A program made the position numbers and the translations under genes. Under the pieces are notes generated by a model that saw only the letters and a list, made by a program, of their open reading frames with translations, was not told the DNA's origin and ran no database searches. From the IMG/VR virus record IMGVR_UViG_3300008085_000050, positions 1 through 46,426 of that record: a stretch of 46,426 bases of DNA. One strand, 5' to 3'. The first letter of the stretch is position 1; every line of letters begins with the position of its first letter. Below are positions 7,914-16,606 of this stretch, piece after piece. Source of the stretch: a virus (Duplodnaviria; Caudoviricetes).

Positions 7914-9193
7914 ACGTCCACGAAGCCACATTAAAGCGAATCGAATTTCTGTTCAACGAATTTGAGCAGATCATAATCTCTTTCTCCGGGGGAAAAGACA
8001 GCGGTGTGATGCTTAACCTTGCTCTGAACTATGCCCGGGAAACCAACCAGTTGTACAAAGTTGGTGTTTACCATATAGACTACGAAGCACAATACCAGGC
8101 CACCACCGACTATGTTACCCGCACTTTCGAAACACTTCCGAGCGAAGTTGCCCGGTACTGGGTTTGTCTGCCAATAAAAGCACAGTGCGCAACAAGCATG
8201 TTTCAAAATTACTGGCAGCCATGGAAAAAAGACGAACAGGAAATCTGGTGCCGCCAGCTCCCGGCCAACTGTATCAACGAAGATAACTTCCCGTTTTCGT
8301 TCGATTACGAGGTTTCCGATTACGAATTCAACAGGCTGTTTGCAAAAGCGATATCGCTTAAGAAAAAAACGGTTTTCCTTATTGGTATCCGCACCCAGGA
8401 GAGCCTGCACCGGTACAAGGCAGTAAATAAATTCTCCGACAAAAACGAATACAAATCAAAGAATTATACATCGGTAATTACCGGCAATTGCATCAATGCT
8501 TATCCTATTTACGACTGGTTAGTTGATGATATCTGGATTGCCAATTACCGATTCTGTTTCGATTATAACCGCTTGTACGACCTCATGCATCGCGCCGGGT
8601 TACGCCCAAACCAAATGAGGGTTGCCAGTCCGTTTAACGATTGCGCCACCGAAAGCCTGAAACTATACAAAGTAATCGACCCCAACAACTGGGGAAAACT
8701 CATTGGTCGCGTTAACGGTGTTAACTTTGCCGGCCTTTACGGCGGAACCACTGCAATGGGCTGGAATAACATAAAAAAACCGGCACACTTTACCTGGAAG
8801 CAATACATGTATTTTCTGCTCGATACGCTGCCCGAAGAAACCCGCGAAAACTACCTCCGTAAACTAAAAGTTTCGTTCGCCTACTGGCTCGAAAAAGGCG
8901 GCGCCCTGCCCGATGATGTGGCTGCCGAACTCGATAAAGACCAAATTGAATTTGAAGATTTGGGCGAACCTGTTAATAAACGCAACTACACCACCGGTTA
9001 CCGGATAATCAAGTTCAAAGAATACCTCGACGAAATTGATATCCGCAACCCCAACCTGCTGCCAACCTACAAACGCATGTGCATTGCCATCATGAAAAAC
9101 GATACTGCCTGCAAAACGCTGGGTTTTGGCCTCACAAAATACGAACTCGAAAAACGCCACAACATCATGACTAAATATCAAAATTTATTATAA
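7910..9193 (+). CDS. PAPS-reductase-like / DUF3440 protein (IbrA/YbdN family)
   Basis: PP-loop SFSGGKDS, IGIRTQESLHR, YPIYDW, QMRVASPF, RVNGVNF and a C-terminal KRMCIAIMKND. Confidence 0.85.
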   Translation: MNVHEATLKRIEFLFNEFEQIIISFSGGKDSGVMLNLALNYARETNQLYKVGVYHIDYEAQYQATTDYVTRTFETLPSEVARYWVCLPIKAQCATSMFQNYWQPWKKDEQEIWCRQLPANCINEDNFPFSFDYEVSDYEFNRLFAKAISLKKKTVFLIGIRTQESLHRYKAVNKFSDKNEYKSKNYTSVITGNCINAYPIYDWLVDDIWIANYRFCFDYNRLYDLMHRAGLRPNQMRVASPFNDCATESLKLYKVIDPNNWGKLIGRVNGVNFAGLYGGTTAMGWNNIKKPAHFTWKQYMYFLLDTLPEETRENYLRKLKVSFAYWLEKGGALPDDVAAELDKDQIEFEDLGEPVNKRNYTTGYRIIKFKEYLDEIDIRNPNLLPTYKRMCIAIMKNDTACKTLGFGLTKYELEKRHNIMTKYQNLL

Positions 9194-9194
9194 A

Positions 9195-9647
9195 ATGGAA
9201 AAAGAATTAAAAATAATGACGGCAACTGTTACTATTCAACTGGTTACAGTTGATGGTAAAAGAATGACAAAAGCGGTATTTAACCAAATACAGGAAGAAA
9301 ATAGTTTTAACTCAAAATTTGAATTTTCTGGAGATAGTATTCTTGGTTATGTAGTGTCAAATTACAAATGGTTGCTTTGGATTAAGAATGGTGAATTGAG
9401 AAAAACATCTCTTGAGTTTTTCCAGAGAATTCAAGAAATAGATGTAAATATTTGTAGAGTTTATGAAGTTGAAGATATTTTTGATTATTTAAAAAAACAA
9501 AAAGACCATTTTAAATCAGAAAAAGGATATATGGTTGCAAAAAGATATTATCCGGCTTCTGAATTAAAAAAACTCATTTCATTCAAAAAAGTATCTAAAG
9601 AATTTCTTGATAAACTAATAGGTAATCAACTATATATTGCAATCTGA
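9195..9647 (+). CDS. Hypothetical protein (AT-rich, between the ibrA-like and ibrB-like genes)
   Basis: 150-aa ORF, visibly more AT-rich than its neighbours. Confidence 0.7.
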   Translation: MEKELKIMTATVTIQLVTVDGKRMTKAVFNQIQEENSFNSKFEFSGDSILGYVVSNYKWLLWIKNGELRKTSLEFFQRIQEIDVNICRVYEVEDIFDYLKKQKDHFKSEKGYMVAKRYYPASELKKLISFKKVSKEFLDKLIGNQLYIAI

Positions 9648-10150
9648 TGAAATCACCAGTTTACAACGTAAAAGCCATACCTGTTGAAAAAATAAGGGCC
9701 AACAGCTACAACCCAAATGCAGTTGCTCCTCCGGAGATGAAACTTTTGGAATTAAGCATCTGGGAAGATGGATATACCATGCCAATAGTTTGTTACTATC
9801 TTCCGGATGAAGATATTTACGAAATAGTCGATGGCTTTCACCGCTACTCGGTAATGAAACGCAACCGGAAGATTTACGAACGCGAAAAAGGCATGATGCC
9901 CGTAGTGGTCATCGAAAAAGACATCAGTAACCGCATGGCATCCACCATCCGCCACAACCGCGCCCGTGGCAGCCACGATATCGCCCTGATGACAAACATC
10001 GTTTCAGAACTCACCAAAGCAGGCATGGGAGATGCCTGGATAATGAAACACATTGGCATGGATGCCGACGAAATTCTACGCCTCAAACAACTATCAGGCT
10101 TAGCAGAACTATTTAAAAATAAAGAATTTTCAAAATCATCAGAATTATGA
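9647..10150 (+). CDS. ParB/Srx-like protein (IbrB/YbdM family)
   Basis: ANSYNPNAVAPPEM, IVDGFHRY, STIRHNRARGSH. Confidence 0.85.
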   Translation: MKSPVYNVKAIPVEKIRANSYNPNAVAPPEMKLLELSIWEDGYTMPIVCYYLPDEDIYEIVDGFHRYSVMKRNRKIYEREKGMMPVVVIEKDISNRMASTIRHNRARGSHDIALMTNIVSELTKAGMGDAWIMKHIGMDADEILRLKQLSGLAELFKNKEFSKSSEL

Positions 10151-10455
10151 ACGAAAACCAAAATCCGCACCCCGATACATGGAAAGCATTTGTGCTGTTT
10201 ATTCACGAAATTGCCCGGGCAAAAGGAATAACGTCAGAAACCATTGCCAAACGCACAGGGATGCACGCCAGCAGCATCCGGCGAATGTTTCAGCTAAGGT
10301 ATTGCCCGTCGCTCGAAATGTGGCTCAAAATCATCAAGGCCATTGAAATTAACATTCATTTCGAAGACCGCGAAAGCAAAACCGAATTAAACGTGTTGTT
10401 CGAAAAAGCCATGACAGAACTCGGACGTCGCCCCGATAAACTGCCCAATAATTAA
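10147..10455 (+). CDS. XRE-family helix-turn-helix regulator
   Basis: ARAKGITSETIAKRTGMHASSIRRMFQLRYCPSLE HTH pattern. Last gene of the operon. Confidence 0.75.
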   Translation: MNENQNPHPDTWKAFVLFIHEIARAKGITSETIAKRTGMHASSIRRMFQLRYCPSLEMWLKIIKAIEINIHFEDRESKTELNVLFEKAMTELGRRPDKLPNN

Positions 10456-10479
10456 CCTGTAAGTTAATTTCTCACCATA

Positions 10480-10515
10480 AACTATCATTTTGTTGATGTC
10501 AACAAAATGATAGTT
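10480..10515. repeat. 17-bp perfect inverted repeat
   Basis: AACTATCATTTTGTTGA-TG-TCAACAAAATGATAGTT. Confidence 0.9.
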
Positions 10516-10746
10516 CTTTTTCATTCATGCATTATAGCAACTGTGCCGATATTTGGCAAACATTCTATGCAAAAGTTAAATTTAATGGTGGCGATTGCGC
10601 CGATATCAATAATTGGTCCCTAATCGATTTACAATTCACAAACTAAACATTTAAATACTACAGTCAAGCTCCCTTTAGGGCGGGGGGTGCATTATAGCAT
10701 TATAGCATTTTAGCATTATAGCACTATAGCATTCCCACATTTTTTT

Positions 10747-10784
10747 TCTGTCCTTTCCCATCATTCCACCTTATATTATATTCG
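10747..10784 (+). promoter_or_regulatory. Putative late promoter 1
   Basis: TCTGTCCTTTCC-N18-TATATTCG. The same motif and spacing occur at 24703, 29461 and 30076. Confidence 0.7.
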
Positions 10785-10876
10785 CCTCAAATAAACTCCG
10801 GTTTTCGTACTTCGGTCTTCCGACTTCCGACTTCCGGCCAATTTCTAATTTCTAATTTCTAATTGAAAATTTGGCC

Positions 10877-13800
10877 ATGGCACAAAGCTACGACAGGCGA
10901 ATAAATCTATACATCAACGGGCGCGAAGTTCAAAACAACATTGCATCCATACGCAAAGAAATGTTCAAGCTCACCAACGAGCAGGCCCGCATGACCATTG
11001 GCAGCCGCGAGTACCAGCAGCACGCCGCACAGATTAAACGCCTCAAGGGCATCATGGCACAGCATGTGCACGATGTTAACAACATCAAAAAAGGTTGGAG
11101 CATGAAGGGCGTTGCCGATGGCTTTAACCGCTACTTTGCAATGGTAACCGCTGCAATGGCTTCTTTCGCCGGTGCAGCGCTTACCATAAAATCTGCGGTA
11201 CAGGCTTTCGCCGAGTTCGACGATAAACTGGCCGACGTAATGAAAACCACCGGCCTCACCAAAGACCAGGTAAAAACCCTCAACGGCGAACTCAAAAAAA
11301 TAGATACCCGCTCGGCGCAAACCGAACTCCTCGACCTTGCCCGCGTGGCCGGTAAACTGGGCATCACCGCCGAAGACGAAATTCTTGGCTTTGTGCGTGC
11401 TGCCGACAAAATAAAGGTCGCCCTCTCCGAAGACCTTGGCGGCGATGTCGAAGAATCAATCAACCAACTCGGTAAGTTGGTCGATATTTTTAAACTGAAG
11501 GATGAGTTTGGAATCGAGGATGCACTCATAAAAATCGGGTCCGCAATCAACTCCCTCGGTGCCGCAGGTACTGCCAACGAAGCCTATATGGTCGAGTTCA
11601 GCAAACGCCTTGCCGGTATTGCTCCCGCAGCCGGTATGAGCATTCAGGAAGTACTTGGCCTTGCCGCAACGCTCGACGAGCTGGGGCAAACTTCCGAAGT
11701 CTCCGGAACCGCTATCGTTCAGGTTATCGGCAAAATGTTTAAAGACACCGCCGCTTATGCCAACATCGCCGGCATGTCAATCGACGATTTTACAAAACTG
11801 CTCAATACCGACGCCAACGAGGCATTCATTAAACTGCTCGAAGGCGCAAGGGGTTCCGGTACCGGGTTTGGCGAAATGGCTAAAAACCTGCAGGGCCTTG
11901 GGCTCGATGGCGCCCGCTCAACCGCCGTGCTTGGAGTATTGGCAAACAACATCGATAAGCTTCGCGAAAAACAAGCCTTTAGCAACTCCGAATTCGAAAA
12001 AGGTACTTCCATCATCACCGAGTTCAACACAAAAAACGAATCGGCGCAGGCACAGCTCGAAAAAGCAAAAAAGGGTTTTGTAGCCATGCAGGTCGAGCTG
12101 GGCGAACGCCTTTCTCCTGCCTACACAAGCGTAATACACAAAAGCAGCGCCCTGCTCAAAATATTTGGCGCCACTACCGAATTCCTCTTTAAATATGGTG
12201 CGCAACTTGCCGTGGTATTGGCTACAATTGCCGCCTACACCGTGGCCACAAAACTGGCTGCCCTTTGGCAAACCCGCTTTAGTTCTGCAACATTATTATC
12301 GGTGGCATCGCAAAAATTACAGGCGATGGCCTTTAAAGCCCAGTTTGCCGGTATTGCACTCTACAACTCGGTCATTGCCCTGCTCACAGGTAAACTCAAA
12401 GTTGCCGCCATTCAGTTCCGCGCTTTTTCTGCCGCGCTCATGGCAAACCCCATCGGCATTGTGGTTGGTGTTGTTACTGCCCTTGCTGGTGCGCTGTACC
12501 TCTATTCTAAACGAATGACAGAATCTGAAAAGCTGCAAAAAACCCTGAACGGTGTTAATCTCGAAGCCGAAAAACAAATCGTTGAGCAGCGCCTCGAAGT
12601 GGAGCAACTCCTTAAAGTAGCCCGCGACGATAACCGCTCGAAAGCCGACCGCATTGCCGCCATAGAGCAGTTAAATAAAATTTCTCCTGATTACCTAAAG
12701 GGGCTTTCCCTCGAAACCATTAACACCGATGCCGCAAAATTGGCTACCGACAAATACATCGATTCATTACGACAAAAAGCAAAAGTGCAAGCTGCCCAGG
12801 AAAAATTGGTCGAAATCGAAAAAGAACTCATCGACCTCCAAAGTGGCGAAGGTGCAGCGCCAAATTTCTGGCAGCAAACCTGGAACGCCGTTAAAACAGG
12901 AGGTAATGTTGCATCTGCTTCAGTGGCAAATGCTGTTACCGCCGGTAATAACCTTATCAAAAAATCGAAACAGCTAAACCTCGAAAAAGAAAAACTTATC
13001 GAAATTACCGAAAGGCAATACAACCTCGATAAAACCGCGCCTGGTTCCACCGGCGCTGTCGATTACTCCGCACAAATTAAAGCCAAACAAACCGAACTCG
13101 AACTGGCCGCAAAAATGCCCGCCACCACCGATGCCGAAATCGAAGCCCGCACAAAAAAAATTGCAGCCATCAACCTCGAGATTAAAGCCCTAAGGGAACT
13201 CTCTCTCGCAAGCGATGCACCAAAAGACCTCATTACCGCAAAAGAGGAAGAGCTCGAAGCCGCAAAACAAATGCCTGCAACAACAAAAGCCGAAATTGCT
13301 GCCCGCAACAAAAAGGTGGAAGCCATCGAACTCGAAATTGCTGCCCTTAAAGAACTCGGTACAACCAAACAAGGCGACTCCGGTAAAAAGCAATCCGACG
13401 AGGAAATTAAAAAACGTGTCGAAGTTATCGAAGCCGCCAACAATGCCGAAATGGCCGCCATCAACCGCCGCCACCTCGAAGGCCTTACCTCCGACGACCA
13501 GCACAAGGGCGAACTCCTCGCGCAGGAAATCAAGTTTCTGGCCGAAAAAATAAAGGTGTACAAGGTTGGCAGCAAAGAGTACGAAGAGGCTGTAAACAAA
13601 TCGCTCGAAATTCTGGTTACCGAAGACCAGCGCGTAAAAGACCTTTTGCTGAATGAGGAAAAGGAACTTTCCCAGGCACGCACCGAAAACATTACCGACG
13701 AGTTTGCACAGCGCGAAGCTATAGAAATGCAGCGCTGGGCCGACGAAAAACGCGAACTCGAAAAAAGGCTAATCGATAAGGAAAACCTCTCCGATACCGA

Positions 13801-15175
13801 AATTGCCATTAACGACGCCATCAATAAAACCATCGAGAAAAAGGAAATTGCCCACCAGCTAAAAATGAAGGCCATAAAAACCGATGGTAACATTGCCGAC
13901 CTGCAAAACAAGGTTACAATTGCCACCCCGGTTAACGAAAAGCTGGCCACCAACGACCAGATGAAAACCCTGTTCGATGCCAAACTCGCGCTCATTGAGG
14001 CACAGTACGATAAAGAAATGCAACTGGCCGGCGATAACCAAACCGCACAACTCGCCGCCGACCAGCAATACGCCCAAAACCGCTTTGCCCTGCAGCAGGA
14101 AATAATGGCAATGGAAGGCGCCAACATCGATTTCCGCATTGCACTCAACCAGGCAATGTATGATCAGGATCTTATCAACGCAGAACAGTACCAGGATAAC
14201 TTAACCGCTTTAACACAGGAAGCGGAAGAAAAGCGCCATCAAATAAGAGATAAATATTTTTCTGCAGCAAACGAAATACTTTCCGGAGCTGCCGAAATTT
14301 TTGAAAACCTCAAAGCTGCTGAACTTGCACAAGCCGGTGATAATGCAGCTAAAAAAGAAGCCATAGAAAAAAAATATGCGAAAAAACAAAAAGCTGTTGC
14401 AATAGGTCAGGCAATAATTTCTGCAGCCCAGGCAATAATACAACTATGGGCGCAACCTTCAATTATTCCATCTCCGGCAAACGAAATTTACAAAGGTGTA
14501 ATGTCTGGCGTCATTGCTGGTATTACTCTTTCCAATATTGCAAAAATTAAAAGTGCTGAATTTTCGGTTGGCGGTCCCACCGGCCACGGTCCCGCCAGCG
14601 AACCCGCCGGCATTGTCCACAAAGGCGAAAGGGTTGCCCCCCACTGGATGACCACCCACCCGGTGTTAGGTCCTCACATTGCCGCCCTCGAAACCGTACG
14701 CCAAACCAAAACCACAAAATCCATCACCACCTCTCCATCCGTCCCCAATGTCCCTAATGACCCTGTTTCTTCCAACAACCGGCAACCAGCAACCGGCAAC
14801 CAGCAACCAACAAACCCCGCCATTGCCGCCCTAAAAACCTTCCGCGAAAAAAGAAATGCAGGTCCCAGCGCCGCCGCACAAAAAACATTCTCATCCGGTG
14901 GCTACACATCCTCCTCTGTAAGGTTTTCCCCTCCTTCTTCTTTTAAGGAGGGGAGTGCGTTGGATAGTGAAAGAGAGAGGGGTGGTTCGTATAGTGGGCA
15001 GCAAAAGGATGGTCAACCCCCCGTAAATGTCCAGGTAACCACCGACCCCGCCATCCTTTCCAAACTCGACCAGCTTGGCGAAAAAATTGCTAACCTCCGC
15101 ATATACACAGCTATCGAAGACATAAAAAAAGGCGATAAAAAATACACCGAAATCCAAACAACCCGGGGGTTGTAA
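10877..15175 (+). CDS. Phage tail tape measure protein (TP901-type core)
   Basis: ~1430 aa, helical and Ala-rich. FDDKLADVMKTTGLT core, ANPIGIVV hydrophobic stretch, C-terminal FSVGGPTG...AGIVHKGE. Start moved to the ATG at 10877. Confidence 0.9.
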   Translation: MAQSYDRRINLYINGREVQNNIASIRKEMFKLTNEQARMTIGSREYQQHAAQIKRLKGIMAQHVHDVNNIKKGWSMKGVADGFNRYFAMVTAAMASFAGAALTIKSAVQAFAEFDDKLADVMKTTGLTKDQVKTLNGELKKIDTRSAQTELLDLARVAGKLGITAEDEILGFVRAADKIKVALSEDLGGDVEESINQLGKLVDIFKLKDEFGIEDALIKIGSAINSLGAAGTANEAYMVEFSKRLAGIAPAAGMSIQEVLGLAATLDELGQTSEVSGTAIVQVIGKMFKDTAAYANIAGMSIDDFTKLLNTDANEAFIKLLEGARGSGTGFGEMAKNLQGLGLDGARSTAVLGVLANNIDKLREKQAFSNSEFEKGTSIITEFNTKNESAQAQLEKAKKGFVAMQVELGERLSPAYTSVIHKSSALLKIFGATTEFLFKYGAQLAVVLATIAAYTVATKLAALWQTRFSSATLLSVASQKLQAMAFKAQFAGIALYNSVIALLTGKLKVAAIQFRAFSAALMANPIGIVVGVVTALAGALYLYSKRMTESEKLQKTLNGVNLEAEKQIVEQRLEVEQLLKVARDDNRSKADRIAAIEQLNKISPDYLKGLSLETINTDAAKLATDKYIDSLRQKAKVQAAQEKLVEIEKELIDLQSGEGAAPNFWQQTWNAVKTGGNVASASVANAVTAGNNLIKKSKQLNLEKEKLIEITERQYNLDKTAPGSTGAVDYSAQIKAKQTELELAAKMPATTDAEIEARTKKIAAINLEIKALRELSLASDAPKDLITAKEEELEAAKQMPATTKAEIAARNKKVEAIELEIAALKELGTTKQGDSGKKQSDEEIKKRVEVIEAANNAEMAAINRRHLEGLTSDDQHKGELLAQEIKFLAEKIKVYKVGSKEYEEAVNKSLEILVTEDQRVKDLLLNEEKELSQARTENITDEFAQREAIEMQRWADEKRELEKRLIDKENLSDTEIAINDAINKTIEKKEIAHQLKMKAIKTDGNIADLQNKVTIATPVNEKLATNDQMKTLFDAKLALIEAQYDKEMQLAGDNQTAQLAADQQYAQNRFALQQEIMAMEGANIDFRIALNQAMYDQDLINAEQYQDNLTALTQEAEEKRHQIRDKYFSAANEILSGAAEIFENLKAAELAQAGDNAAKKEAIEKKYAKKQKAVAIGQAIISAAQAIIQLWAQPSIIPSPANEIYKGVMSGVIAGITLSNIAKIKSAEFSVGGPTGHGPASEPAGIVHKGERVAPHWMTTHPVLGPHIAALETVRQTKTTKSITTSPSVPNVPNDPVSSNNRQPATGNQQPTNPAIAALKTFREKRNAGPSAAAQKTFSSGGYTSSSVRFSPPSSFKEGSALDSERERGGSYSGQQKDGQPPVNVQVTTDPAILSKLDQLGEKIANLRIYTAIEDIKKGDKKYTEIQTTRGL

Positions 15176-15275
15176 ACAATTAAAAATGTTAAATTAAAAA
15201 TGATAAATGAATGAAATACAGGCAAATTTTGAACTCCAATAATTTCGAATTTTTAATTTTTAATTTCTAATTGAA

Positions 15276-16478
15276 ATGGCAATAACAGCAACAATACAAG
15301 GCGGCGCAGTCCAGCTTACCGGAAACCCGGTTTACATCGAATGTTCCGGTGGTTCTGCTCCCGTTAATTCATCCGAATATAAAATCATGCTCAAGGTAAT
15401 CAGCCAGGATGGAAAGCTCCCCGGCGCGCCGTTTATCGACGCAATTACCCCCGACGCCAGCGGTGAGGCCATATTCGATATCAGCGGATACGTCGATCAG
15501 CCTTTCCCTGTAGTTTTTCAGTGGCCCGTAAACGGTGCGATTAACGCACTTCCTACACAGGCTTTTAATATTCAGGTGCAGGTGGGCGAACGGTACATCG
15601 ACAGTAACGACCTGCTCCAGGAAACATGGGGCGCTACTTCCGAAGTGTTCCAAATGCTAAAGGGCGGCCTGTCGCCCCGCCAGGTGGCAACCATGAACGA
15701 CGCCGGTTTTACATTTTACGCCAAATATGTTCAGGCCGGAAAATTCCTCACCGCACGCCCATCGGGCGACATAGTACACCCGCTGCAACCCGTAAAACTC
15801 TGGTTTATGCCCGATGGCAATAACCTCTCAACACTGGCAATGAGAGCTTATTACGACGACGGAACCGACGTACTTAAAACAACGGCTGTTTTCCTGAATA
15901 CCGATTACCTGTACGAGTTCAACGTTAACCCCGTAACAATGGGGCACACGCTCGAACCCACCGGTAAACGGATGACATCATTCAACGTGTGGCTCGAATA
16001 CTCCGGCAGCCTGGTATCGGAAACACGCAACTTCCAAATCGACTGGACACCCTGCGAACGCCCCGTGTTCCTCATGTTTGCAAATACTTTTGGCGGGGTC
16101 GACGATGTTTATCTTTCAGGCTACATCCAGGATAAATTCACCACCCGAGGTAACATCAGCTACCGCCCGCCACAGGTTACCGATACTGTGTACACCCCAA
16201 CCCTGCTGCAGCTCAACAAAACAGGGCTAAACCGCTGGTCAATCAATTCGGGATGGAAATCGATTACTCAGATACAATACCTGCGCGACCTGCTCGTGGC
16301 CAAACAGGCGTGGTATTTATATACCAATATCACTCAATCAACCACAAGCATCATCCCAATTACCGATATCACCGCCGACGAAGTTCTGGTGAACCGCAAG
16401 GATGATACGTACAGCATACAAATCGACTTCTCCGAAGCCCACGAGAGTAAACACTCATTCGATAACCGCAGTTTTTAA
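15276..16478 (+). CDS. Putative tail/baseplate structural protein
   Basis: 400 aa, beta-rich, immediately downstream of the tape measure gene. Contains FANTFGGVD. Confidence 0.65.
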   Translation: MAITATIQGGAVQLTGNPVYIECSGGSAPVNSSEYKIMLKVISQDGKLPGAPFIDAITPDASGEAIFDISGYVDQPFPVVFQWPVNGAINALPTQAFNIQVQVGERYIDSNDLLQETWGATSEVFQMLKGGLSPRQVATMNDAGFTFYAKYVQAGKFLTARPSGDIVHPLQPVKLWFMPDGNNLSTLAMRAYYDDGTDVLKTTAVFLNTDYLYEFNVNPVTMGHTLEPTGKRMTSFNVWLEYSGSLVSETRNFQIDWTPCERPVFLMFANTFGGVDDVYLSGYIQDKFTTRGNISYRPPQVTDTVYTPTLLQLNKTGLNRWSINSGWKSITQIQYLRDLLVAKQAWYLYTNITQSTTSIIPITDITADEVLVNRKDDTYSIQIDFSEAHESKHSFDNRSF

Positions 16479-16606
16479 TTAAAAATGAAAAATTATAAAT
16501 TAAAAATTGAAGAACTTTTCTTAGCTCCCTTCAGAGCTTGTCCCGATTTGTCGGGAGCGGGGGGTGCATTCACGCATTCACGCATTCACGCATTCACGCA
16601 TTACCT

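Noticed and set aside
13063-14148. Long antisense ORFs (13063-14148, 31830-32975, 42897-43649 and similar)
   Set aside because: They are shadows of well-supported plus-strand genes, caused by codon bias, and have no protein motifs.
16538-16606. N-terminal extension MSRFVGSGGCIHAFTHSRIHALP of the tail protein
   Set aside because: It translates a REP half-element and CATTCACG tandem repeats. The start was reassigned to 16607.
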